DNA of 64,000 nucleotides from Cenococcum geophilum (lineage: Eukaryota), in NCBI GenBank assembly GCA_050273025.1, contig CP158635.1:12586001-12650000 (forward strand). The letters are read 5' to 3'. Shown piece by piece: positions 12,821 to 24,290 of this stretch. The translations under genes and the position numbers were made by a program. How positions within the stretch are numbered: position 1 is the stretch's first letter; every line of letters starts with the position of its first letter. A model generated the notes under the pieces. The model searched no databases, was not told where the DNA came from, and worked only from the letters and a program-made list of their open reading frames with translations.

Positions 12821-13018
12821 TATTTACTACTAAGGTTACAGTATTAATAAAGTTAAATAATATGCCACTAAAAGTAGTAGCTACAATAGCGTTAACGGCA
12901 GCGACTACCTTAGGATTAGGTAATGATACTAGTATAGTAAACACTAACTCTTAGCTAGTTACCGTTAGATAGCTATAGGAAATAGTTAATTAATTAATAG
13001 ATAATAATAGGATATTTA

Positions 13019-13872
13019 TTATTATTGATTCTTATTTAAAGTCCGATGCGGTCCTCTTCTGAGTCCATGCAGACTATATATTGCCGTTGAGTTTTAGGTA
13101 CAAAAAACCTCCAAGGGAGACGTAAGAGGTAATACAGCATGAACCCCTCCAGGTAGCATGCCCGTACTACGTCAACGGGAGGAAAAATACCGTTAGGTCA
13201 CCGTTCTGGGACGTGGTCCCTAATTGCCTATCTTGCCCTGTCTACCTTTCGTACCATGCTTCCATTTAAGTTTATAAATACCGTAAAGTTAAGTTGTCCT
13301 ACCCTTGCTCCTTCTTACTGCCCTGTACGTGTATCTCGCCTATAGTCCTCCTGCTCCTCCTACCGCCCCATCCTTATATATCCCTTATTCCTTTCTATCT
13401 TCCTACTCTAGGCCTCTACCTAGCTTCCTAGTGGCTTCGTCCCTAGTTGGACGGGTTACATACCTTCTGCGGTTAAGGCCCAAAGATCGCTGGGTGGATT
13501 AAGGTGTAAAGGGGTAGAGGCGAGTGGAAGAGGCTCAGGCCTTCCGCCTGCGAGGTACGGTTTAGCTGCGTATAGGTGCCGTACGGTATGTATACTGTTA
13601 TACCGCATAAGAAAAAGAGGGTCGCTGCCGTATATAAATGCCGTGGTTCGAGTGTGCTCGACGTGTACGTGAAATCGTGGTAGTCGTGTTCGTAGCCCTC
13701 CGCTGGGGCTCACCCTCCCAGCAGGAAAAAAAATTTCGCACCACCACCACGACGTCGCAGCGCCGACGCTGCGCTGTCGTACGAACGTCTCTGCGTTGGC
13801 TCTGCTGAATCCGAAGACCAGCAGGTTCGTAGCCGTCACCTCGTACAGGTGCAGAGTCCGGTTTCAACGGCC
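13019..13872 (-). mobile_element. SINE-like non-autonomous retroposon with a 5' HDV-like ribozyme and a LINE-like 3' tail
   Basis: Perfect 15-bp TSD ataataggatattta at 13004-13018 and 13873-13887. (TAA)n tail on the minus strand. GC-rich island interrupting A2 gag. No credible ORF. Confidence 0.9.
13789..13872 (-). ncRNA. HDV-like (nested double pseudoknot) self-cleaving ribozyme
   Basis: Minus strand: GGCCGUU(P1) GAAACCGGA CUCUGC(P2) ACC(P3) UGUACGA(L3) GGU(P3') GACGGCU(P1') AC(P1.1') GAAC CUGCUGGUC UUCG GAUUCAGCAG(P4) AGCCAAC(J4/2) GCAGAG(P2'). G1-U wobble at the predicted cleavage site. Confidence 0.88.
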
Positions 13873-16800
13873 ATAATAGGATATTTAAAGAAAGAATTAA
13901 TGGGATTGGAGTAGCTAAGGTTAAGTTACCCTTAATTAAGCGATTCTTAGGGTAGAAGTTAAAACTTAAAGGATTCCTTATATAAATGCACTTTAAGGTT
14001 ATATAGGAAGAAGTTAAACTAGGAACGCCTATAGATTAAGTCGCTTATATAGGATTATTCTTAATAGGAAGAGTACTTAAGTGGTTTAAGCCTTACCTTA
14101 TAGAGGTATAGGAGTATAGTATAACAACCACTAACTAGGAGGTACGATATATATTCTTAAGTTAGAACGGGTTTATAAAATGCTTAACGCAGATAATTAG
14201 GGACCTAAAGGCAACTATAACGGTAGAATAAAAACTTTAAAACCTAGTATAAAGAACTTTAGCAATTAAATATATAATATAGTTTTAAATATTAGTAATA
14301 TAAGTTAAATGGAATAATAAGGCGCTTATAGCATAGTATAAATAGGGACTTATAGTAAAAGTCTAAGATATAATTATCCTAATAGAAGATACGGATACTC
14401 TTAAGGATTTAATTAATTAAGTAATTAAGATTAATAATAGGATCTACCAAAGAGAGTAGACTAAGAAGGGTTAGGATAGGGTTTTATAGTTATATAAGGC
14501 GCAAGGCATATAATAATAAAGTTAAAGTTAGAAACTATAGTATGGCGTAGAGCTAATAGACCTAAGTAGTATTAAAGAAAATAGAAAATGGAATAAACAA
14601 CTATAGAAACCTAGAGGATAAGAATTAAGTAATTAAAGGTCTAAGGAGCAGAGGCTAAATTAAGGATCTTAATAGTAGAAGACGTTTAGGCGGACTTTAT
14701 AGTAAGAAAAATGGTTTAAAGAAGGAGTTTATATAAATTACGGAAAATAGGGTTATTATATTAAAGACTATAGAAGTAGTTAGAGTTACTACGTAGTAAA
14801 AGGAATGAGACTAGTAGAAGATATATATATATAAAGGGATAATAGTATACTGCGAGGAACAAAAGAATGTTTAACTAAAAGCTTTACGTTTTGTTATAAT
14901 AACATATACTAAATTTATAAGGACGCTAAGTATGGCGTAAGCTATTAGCTATAGGAGCTAAAATTATTAAAGTTTAAAGGAACTAACAAACTAGTTTATA
15001 GATTGGATATTAAGGACGATAAGTAAAATATAAGTAAAATATTTAGTAATAATAAGGTAATAAAGGCAGCTTACTAGGAGTATATAGATTTTAGAGATAT
15101 TATATAAGAGGTAAAGAATAATTCTACTATAAAATAGGGAATATTAGTAGGGATTAAGACCCCACTAGATATAATATCTATCGCTTTATAAGACGTAAGA
15201 GAAGTAGGATAGCGAACTACTTTAGTACTTAATAAAGGCAAAAGGCTATAAGCTTAAGATTCTTAAGATAGGATATAGGACGCTTAAGGTTTCTAAGACG
15301 GGATAAGATAAGCTTAAGGACCTATAATAGACGATAACCAATAGAGCAAAGTAATAACTTAGTTTAGTAATATATAAATAAGCTTAGGACGAAGTTTCCT
15401 AAAGGTATAAGACTATTAAGACAAGATAAGTAAGATTTAAGACTCTTAAAACGAGATAAGAATACTAAAGAAGCCTAGTTAGACTAAGGCTAGAGCTAAG
15501 CTTAAGACAGAAGCAAGCTTAGGATTAAGAATTCTATAGGACTAAGATTTTTAGATATAAATAAAGACTATTAAATAAACTAAGATTAAGAAGTAAGAAG
15601 ACTTTAAGGATCTACTTATAAGGCGAAAACCAAAAGAAACTAAAGAGGAATTTAGATAGAGAATCCTTATATAGTAAGAACAAAAACTAGATTAAAGGAC
15701 TAGTATACTAGGTTGTATAAGGGATAGAGCACCTATATAAAGAATTACTAATAGGCCTAGGGCAGGTATGCTAAGAGCTAAGTGGCTTACTAAACTAGAA
15801 AATAAAGAGGATTTAGGAATTCTAACTAGGTTTAAGGAATAATATATAAAAGGCTATTATAATATAGTAATAAAAAGATACTTCCTTACGGATAAGCCGT
15901 ATATACTCTAATAGCTGTACTAAAAGTGATATAGGTAATAATATAACGATAAGTAAGAAGATTTCTATATATAGTTGGATGAAAGAGTTATCTAGGACTA
16001 CCCTATTATAGAGAAGGCTATAACTTATATTAAGAGAGCCTTAATTATAACATTAAAGGATCTAAAGGAATAATTAGAGGACTAAAGAAGTAAGAAATAT
16101 ATCTTAGTACTTATAAACAAAGTTATAACATTTAGATTAACACGGTAGAGGTTTAAACTTAAAGATAAAAATAAGTTAAGAGTTAACCTAAAGCACCTAG
16201 TATATTATATATTGGCATAGATTATATATAGATAATATATACAAAATATATAAAAACCTAAAAGAGAAAAATCGGAAGTACCCTATAAGGATATATTAGG
16301 CGCCAGATAAGTAATAGTATAAAAATATTAAGTATATGCATAGATGGCATCTAGTAGAAGTTTAGGAGTTAGGAGACTTAATACTTTAACTAAAAAGATT
16401 TCTTATAGAAGAATAGTTAGATAGATAATAGTAGTAGGAATACCTAGAGAATACGTGTCTATAGTATATAGAGGACAAAAAGCGAACTAGGTATTAGCTA
16501 AAGAGTAAGCTAAGTATATAAGGATTAAACAGCTAATAGTTAGGAAAAGTAAAGGCCTATGGGACTAAAGGGAACTAGTAGTAAAGCCTTAGACCTTTAA
16601 AGGAATTTAAGGACAATACCTAAATTTATAAGTTAATTAGTAAAATTAGCAGTTTAAAGTACTAATAGATAGTAAAGTAATGCGGAACTATATCTTACTA
16701 GTAGTAGTAAAAAAAATAAGATTACCTTATAGATAGAAGGAATAACCTTATTTATTAGTTATAATTTTAGGAGATCTAATAGCCTATAGAGGAGGTATTA

Positions 16801-18381
16801 TTAACCTTAAAATAGGACCTATTTAAATAACTATTAAAGGGAGACAAGTTAAGATGTCTTTTAATATCCTACAATTGGGATAGGATAAGGTAGTATTAGG
16901 CATACCTTGATTACAGGAATATAATTTAAAGATTAATTAAATTATAGGGTAGGTCGATATTAGAGATATATAATAACATAAAATATAATAATAGACTAAG
17001 TTAGTATAGTATTAAATCGGAGTAATATATAAAGAGACTAAGCGAGGCTTAAGTTATATACTAAAAAGATACTATAAGTGTGGCAAGAAACTATAGAGCC
17101 TAAAAAGTAAAAAGCTGGCAGATTATATAGTATAGGACTATAAAATAGAGTTAGAACTAGGAATAAGTCTAAAATTCTTTTTAACCTATAAGCTTACCTA
17201 AGAGGAGTTAAGAGCACTTAAAGAGATTACCTAAGAGAACTTATAAAAGGGATATATTAGACTATTATAGTTATTAGTAGGATATCTAGTATTGTTCGTA
17301 CTAAAGAAGAACGGAAAACTTAGGCTATATATTAACTATAGATAGTTAACATTACTTAAAAGAATAGGTATTCTTTACCCTTAATTAGCGAAATTTAGAA
17401 TTAGATAGATAATGCGTAAATCTTTATAAAGATAGATCTAAGATAGGCGTACTATTACATTAGAATTAAGAAAGGCAATAAATAGAAAGCAGCCTTTAGG
17501 TTAAAAGAAGGACTATATAAACTATTAGTAATGCAGTTTAGGTTAATAAATACACTAGTAACGTTTTAAAAACAAATTAATAGTGTATTAGGAGAACACC
17601 TTAATAAGTTTATTATAGTATACCTTAACGATATTATTATCTACTTAATAACTAAGGAAGAGTATAAAGAACACATTAAATAGGTCTTAAAGAGACTATA
17701 AAAAGAACAGATACTAGTAGTAATTAAAAAATATAAGTTCTTTATTAGGAAGACCGATTTTATTAAATTTATTATTAAACTAGGTTATATTAGTATAGAC
17801 CTAAAGAAGATTAAAGCTATAGTAAGTTAGTAAGAACTAGAGAATATAACGCAGTTAAGGTTATTTTTAGGGGGTTGCAACTACTATAGAAGGTTTATAG
17901 CATAGTAGTTAAAGAATATTAAACCATTTACTAGGCTTACTAAAAAGGAGGAACTATAGATATAGGGAAATAAATAAAAGAAGTTATTTAAGGAACTTAA
18001 GGAGTTATTTATCTAAGAACTAATTTTTAAAATCTATTAACTAATATTAGAAGCGGTTATAGAAACGGATATATTAGACTTTATATTAGGAGTATACTTA
18101 CTATAGAAATATTATAATATATAGCACCTAATAATATACTATAGTTAAAAGATAACACTACTAGAACTAAACTATAACATCTATAATAAGGAGGTATTAG
18201 GTATAATTATAGTATTTAAAGAATAGGAAAACTATTTATAATTAAGATAGATTATAAAAACCTAGTGGAGTTCCTAATAATAAAAGAACTTAATTATAGA
18301 TAGGTTAGATAGGTAGAGATACTTATAGAATACTATTTTATAATTTAGTATACTAAAGGAATAGAAAATATAAGGGTAAAC

Positions 18382-18623
18382 TGTTACGGAAGTAGGTATA
18401 AGCTAGAATACAATATACTAAACGGCGTAGTAATTAAAGAAGGCTATGTACGCGTAATTATATATAATTAATATAAAGACATTTAGATATAGAAACAGAA
18501 TAGGTTAGGTATAGGTATAAATAAGGATTATAAAAAAACGTGTATAGGTATTACGGGACGAATATAAGTATAGGTTAAATATTAAAACACATAGGGACGT
18601 AAGAACGGGCAAGTCCCGTAATA
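18382..18623 (-). repeat. 3' LTR of a minus-strand gypsy-type element; no partner LTR in the window
   Basis: tgttacgg...ccgtaata terminal inverted repeat, followed by a pyrimidine tract (PPT on the minus strand) at 18624-18642. Confidence 0.7.
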
Positions 18624-21600
18624 GTACTCTTTTTTTACTTCTAAGCTTTTATAAGGCGTGTCGTGTTGTATATATTAAAAAAAACCTATTATAGGATTTT
18701 TTTTTATTAGCCCTTCTTCTCCCTTTTATATTCTCTACTATATAGGCTTTGCTAGTTCGGTCCTTCTTGCTTAATTATTAGGCTACTAACTTGTTAGGCC
18801 TAAAGTATAGCTTAGCTTCTATCGCCAGCTATATTTCTATTCTTGCTGCTTAAAAACGCGTTACTAAAGCTTATATAGTCCCTTTCTTACTTCTAGTAGC
18901 TCTACGGTCTTTCTTTATATATTTATATATGGTCCCTTTTTACTAGGTCTTACCTTAAGGCTAATAGGGCCCCCCCTATTTTTTCCTTTCCCCCCCTTTA
19001 TAGGGGGTGTATCGTATAGCGTATATAGGGGTAGGTGGGAGGGAAAAACGGATATTGGATTACGGTATAGTGTTATATTGTCTTAGCAGGTTCTTATTAA
19101 TATAGTATAGTATTTATAATCGTAGGCAGGTACTTATTTATAGCAGTACAGTACTAGTGTAGGTTTTATAAGTATATCGGCATGGGATTTTATTACATTT
19201 GGATAGCAGTATAGTACTAGCAGCTAGGTTTAGCTATATACCCGTTAAATCCGCCGCTAACCTATACTTTAGCCTTGCGCGTTATCTATATAGTATATAT
19301 AGAATAGTATAAGTTATTAGTATAGGTTATTACTAGCGGGTTACTAGTAGGTTATAGACCCTAGTTAAATGGACCCCGGTTATAAATAGGCCTATTTTCT
19401 AATATATAAATAATCTACTTAGCTAGCATAGAGTAACAGATTAGGTCTAAAAAGGGTGCTTTTTAAATTAAGCTTTGTTGCTAATATACACTATAGCCTT
19501 ACCTATAAGTTGCCTATAAATTACTAGTATCGCTAGGTTGCGTTAGAGTATATCTTATATAGGATATTAATAAATTAAAACTTCACCCTATATATACACC
19601 GCAGTTCTTACAGCAATTATTACTTATTTTTTAATTCCTTAGGACGTCCTCTGCTCTACTTTAATATAGGTTATATTTTAATAGTGGCGCTTACTTTTCG
19701 CCTACGCTTTAACTATAAGGCTAGGGTGTTCCGCTTATAGTACTCGTTTAGTAATTATTAACAATTTTTAAGTTTTATCTCGTATTTCTATTTATTATAC
19801 TTATTTAGCTATCCTAGCAATTTAATAAGGTACTATAGTTGTTTAGCAGAATCCTAGTAGGCGATAATTACTTCTACTTCCTAGCTACCTTTCTTAAGCT
19901 CTTTTACTACTGGGGGTTAAAACCTAGGGCATAACCTATAAGGCTTTAGTAAGGAGATATAAAAGACTAGGTGGAGCCGTACTATAGTAAGTAGAAGCTC
20001 TAGCTTATATACTTACTACCCTACGCGCTTTAGGATCTAAAACGGTCTTATAAACTTACTATTAAGCTTCTTATAAGGACGTTTTATACGGATATTCTTA
20101 GAAAAGAGTAGGGCTCGTTTACTAACGGCGAAATACTTGGCCAGATGGTAACAATTATAGTATTTTACCTAAAGCTTTTAGGTATATATTATCGACGCCA
20201 CCACTACCTTATATATAAGGCGTAGGCGTTATAAATACATCTTTATAAGTTAGATATTCGTTAACTTAAACCCCTCCCTATCTTACTAGGCGTCTTAAAT
20301 GCTGTCTAGGACTCTATTTAGGATGTTTAGTAACTAGCTATAGGCGAGCTTAATAAGGGAACGCTTCGTTATAGTATAGACCTTAGAGTTATAGGTAAAG
20401 GCTGCTTCTTTAAGTAGGGAGGCCTAATTAGACTATTCCTAGTTTGTAAATATACATAGGTATACCTTAAGCTCCTAGTTTTAACACTCCGTCTAACTAT
20501 CTATCTATAAATGGAATATAGTGCTAAGTTTATATTAAATGCAGAGATAGTAGTATATAGTGCTCTAGTACTCGCTTATAAATACACTACCCCTATTAGA
20601 GATAATATTATATAGAGGCCCTATTTATATAAAGAATCTAAATAAGAGTTTTACGAGTTATATAGCATTAATTATCTTATACACTAGATAGTAGCGTACT
20701 AGCTTTATAAAATGGTCTATAAGGATAAGGACGGAGTTATACTCTACGTTATTAGGAGTCTTAGACTCTAGGAGATCCGTAATAAAGTTAAGTAAATAAT
20801 ACTATTAGGCTTAGGTAGGGACCTAGAGAGGCTGTAGCTTATTATAGGGTTTATAGCGACGTAATTTAAAGCGTTAGTAGGCATTATAATTATCTAGGTA
20901 TTTACAAAGGTCCTAGGTAAGGCCGTTCTAAGTATACTTTTAAGCAATTACCTTAAAAGTACGGTTAAAACCATAGTGGCCGCCTATGGGATCGTCATAA
21001 TTCCGCTTAAGGATCTCCTATTATAGTAGTATATAATTTGGCACCTAGACCTCATTATTTTACCTTAGAAGTCTTTAATTATTAAGGGTATAGTCCTTAT
21101 TACTAGTAGGAACTTATTTTTAGATTAACTAATTATATATAGAGCGTATAAAGGCGTCCCTTTTTTATACTCTATAAATAAAATTAATTAGTAACTTAGG
21201 GGGGTGTTCCGTAAACGCTATTTTAGCTAAGGTAGCTACTACTACCTCTTACTATAGTGTAAGACTTTACGTAAAGTTGGTGCTAGTAAAGTAATATATA
21301 ATATATAGGTAACTTACTAGGTTATTACGGGGGATTATAGCTTAGGCTAAGGGGTCTTCCCTAGGGTTAAGCGCTATTAGGCCGGTTAAAGTAGTTTTAA
21401 AGAGAATAGTAGGACGCTCTAGTCCACCAGCGCTAAGTTTATAAGGGTTACTTATATACTACACGTATATTACTTACTAGTATAGTGTAGTAATACTAGG
21501 GCCGCCCATAAGGCCTATAACCCGCAACTTTTGCTATAATATAAGCAGCATAGCATTAAAGAGTGTCCTTTTACTACTATCTTTAAAGCCTTTAGTATAA

Positions 21601-21880
21601 CCCAGGCGCTAAAATAGTGTATTAGCGGGATTTGCTTTACCTAACTTATATTTAATCTTAAAATTAAACTTAACTAGTTCTTTAGCGTACTAGGCCTAGC
21701 GAGTAGATAAGCTCTTAGTAGTTATAAAGTGCCTAAGATTATTATAATCGCAGAGTATACGTGTTATATACGCGGCGTATTTAAGGTAATAGCGCCATAT
21801 CTTAAAGTATTGCACTATAGCAAGCAGTTCTTTATTATGCGTATTATACTATACTTTTAGGCTAGTAAGCTTCTAACTAT

Positions 21881-22123
21881 TGTGGGAGGGTACGACCACT
21901 CTCAGATAGGAAAGTCACAGTGCTGTCTGTCTGTCTGTCGGTCGGTCGGTCGGTCGGTCGGTCGGTTGTCAGTCGTAATCAATCAGTAGGAAAGCAGTCA
22001 GTAAGAAGAAAGGAAAGAATGTATTCCGGTAGGTCGTGATGGAGAGAAGGAGAGAAGCCGAAGGCTCAATATATACAGGAAAATGCCAAGGCACTAAGTA
22101 GTGGCCCATTTTACCCCACCACA
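21881..22123. repeat. Solo LTR (243 bp), lightly RIP-affected, with (CTGT)n(CGGT)n microsatellite
   Basis: TGTGG...CCACA termini and 4-bp TSD CTAT (21877-21880, 22124-22127). Removal restores the RNase H PIAYYSRKL motif of element B. Confidence 0.88.
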
Positions 22124-23071
22124 CTATAATAAGTAATTAGGTCCTAGTAGAGTTAGTCTCCCTATCCTAAAGGCTGTAGAAGTATACCACTATATGCATA
22201 ATCAGAAGCGTTAGTAATTACTATTAAGGGTAAATTTAGGTTAAAGTGACGAAGTAGTAAAGCCTATATAAATGTAGCGCGTAGCTTATAAAACGCCTAC
22301 TAAGCATTATTAGGCCAGAACTGGGGTTAATACCATTTAGTAGGCCCTTTTAACTTGCGCTTTTACTCCTTCTCCCTATCTAACCTTAGGTTGCGATATA
22401 CCTATATAAGATATACGTATAGGGAGTATACAATATCCAAATAGTTCTAGATAAATCGCCTATAAAAGTTAACAAAGCTAAGGAAGACCTAGATGTCCCT
22501 ATAGGACTTAGGCTTGGCCATTCCTTAATAGTTTTTACGCGGTTAAGGTCTATTATAATACCCCTAGGGGTAATAATAAAGCTTAGGAACTTAATGTTCT
22601 TAATATAAAAGATGCATTTTAATAATTTAGTGTATAGGCCCTAAGCGCGGAGCTATTATAGTACCTACTTAACGTGCTTAACGTGCTTATCCTCGTTATT
22701 TAAGTAGATAAGAATATTATCTAGGTAAACTATATAGATAGTATCTACTAGGGGTTTTAAAGCTTTATAAATATAGCTCTAAAACGTTATAGGGGTATTA
22801 GTAAGACTAAAGGGCATTACTAGGTACTTAAAGTAACTATAGCGTATCTTAAATACGGTCTTCTATTTATCTCCCTTTTTAATATAAATTCTATTATATA
22901 CATTATAAAGATCTAGCTTTGTAAATATCTTTATATAGCTAAGCCTATTAAAGAGTTTGCTAACTAGTGGTAGGGGGTACTAGTTCTTAATCGTAATCTT
23001 ATTTAGGCGTCTATAGTTAATATATAGCCATATTATACCGTCTACTTTTAGTATAAAGAGGATAGGCGCTC

Positions 23072-23491
23072 TATAACGGAGCCTTGTAGTAGGAACTACG
23101 GTGGACTCGTTAATAGGCTAGGTATATAGGTATCGAATAAAGTTAATAACGTAATAATAACTGGTGGAGTGGTTGCCTAATAGATTAACTCCAATTGTAT
23201 TCTAAGAATTACTATAAGGAAGGAACTATCTAGGTAGGGACTAAAGGTCCTTAAATACACAACCGTACTCCTAAGAAAGTCGTTACTCTATCTGCTCTAT
23301 CTGCTCTATTCACTCTATTATAGATCTCGCAGATTATATAGATTATATAGATTATATCACGTGACCCTATTTACTATTCCTCGTTATATGGTTCTATAGG
23401 TTTCATCCTAGACCGTACTTATATTAACTAACTAGCTTCTTCTAACTCTTCTCTAAGTAGTCGTAATATTGTACTTAAAGCGTTCGTAACA
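23072..23491 (-). repeat. 3' LTR of A3
   Basis: Near-identical to 30658-31077 apart from mostly transition changes. Confidence 0.93.
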
Positions 23492-23584
23492 CTATCTCCC
23501 TCCTTTTTATCTTCGTCCTTAAAGATACCTAGCATCTCTAAGTTATTTACTAGAGGTATAATGTTTATCTAATTAATTTGGTTA

Positions 23585-24290
23585 ATATCGTTGCTTATAA
23601 TACCTAAAGTACCTTCTTTTTCTTTAACCCTTTGTTATACGCGTACAGTTTCTTCTATACTATCGCTTAGTGAAGTAATACTATCTCTATACTCTTATTA
23701 CGCGAAAGAGGGGTTAGTCTATATTACGTTAGTAAGTCCTTTATCTTAATAACCTTCTTTTTATTTAGAGTGCACTAAAGCAAATATTTAATTATCTTGT
23801 AATATTCGCTTAATTTCTAACGCTAAGTATACGCGTCCTATAACTCTTAATAGTCTTTAAGTTCCCTAAGTAATTTATTATAGGGTCTCGTGTTTAATTT
23901 ACTGCTATAAAGCTTAATAATAAACTATCCGTTGCCTTAGCGGAACTTTATTATTTACGTAATGCTAAGAAAGAGGCGGCTAATGCTTAATAACGGGTTC
24001 TTAATTCTCGTCTTGCTGCGTCCACTTAGTTAATTTATCTTAAGAGAGTTTATAAGAAGGTTTATTTTAAGGAGTAGAAACTTATAGAATAAGGTTTATA
24101 GGAACTTAGTAATAAAAGAACAGATTCTCTTCTAACAGAGAAGAAAACAACTCTAAGTAATTCGGCAGTCGCTCTTCTTAGGTCCCCCTTAGGTGACTTA
24201 TTCTTTAGCAATTCTTTATTAATATTACCTAACCTTTTCTCTTCTAATACTCCTGTACCTTTCCTATAGCGTTCTTTAGGTTCTCTAGTA
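23585..24290 (+). pseudogene. Antisense accessory gene of family A: Zn(II)2Cys6-like domain plus predicted coiled coil, one probable intron
   Basis: Restored PCSRCAKEGLVC-x13-CSECTKANVRSSC at ~23686-23800. Two Cys codons are intact and four read TAC/TAT. The same spacing occurs in copy A4 (~37670-37790, minus). Ends approximate. Confidence 0.6.

Larger units (their letters stand above)
12402..18381 (+). mobile_element. Gypsy family A copy A2: 5' LTR, gag, PR, RT, RNase H; 3'-truncated
   Basis: LTR 12402-12820, gag ATG at 12862, RT motif (restored YLDDII) at ~17621, RNase H motif (restored ETDASD) at ~18062. Broken at the restored KGTENARA motif by the LTR at 18382. Confidence 0.88.

Noticed and set aside
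13305..13867. Three ORFs (65, 127, 89 aa) in the GC-rich island
   Set aside because: They have non-ATG starts and no recognisable domain, and two overlap the ribozyme. They are open because the SINE is GC-rich and lightly RIPed.
13780..13872. tRNA- or 5S-derived SINE head
   Set aside because: No cloverleaf or convincing A/B box. The HDV fold accounts for the sequence, and a T8 run follows.
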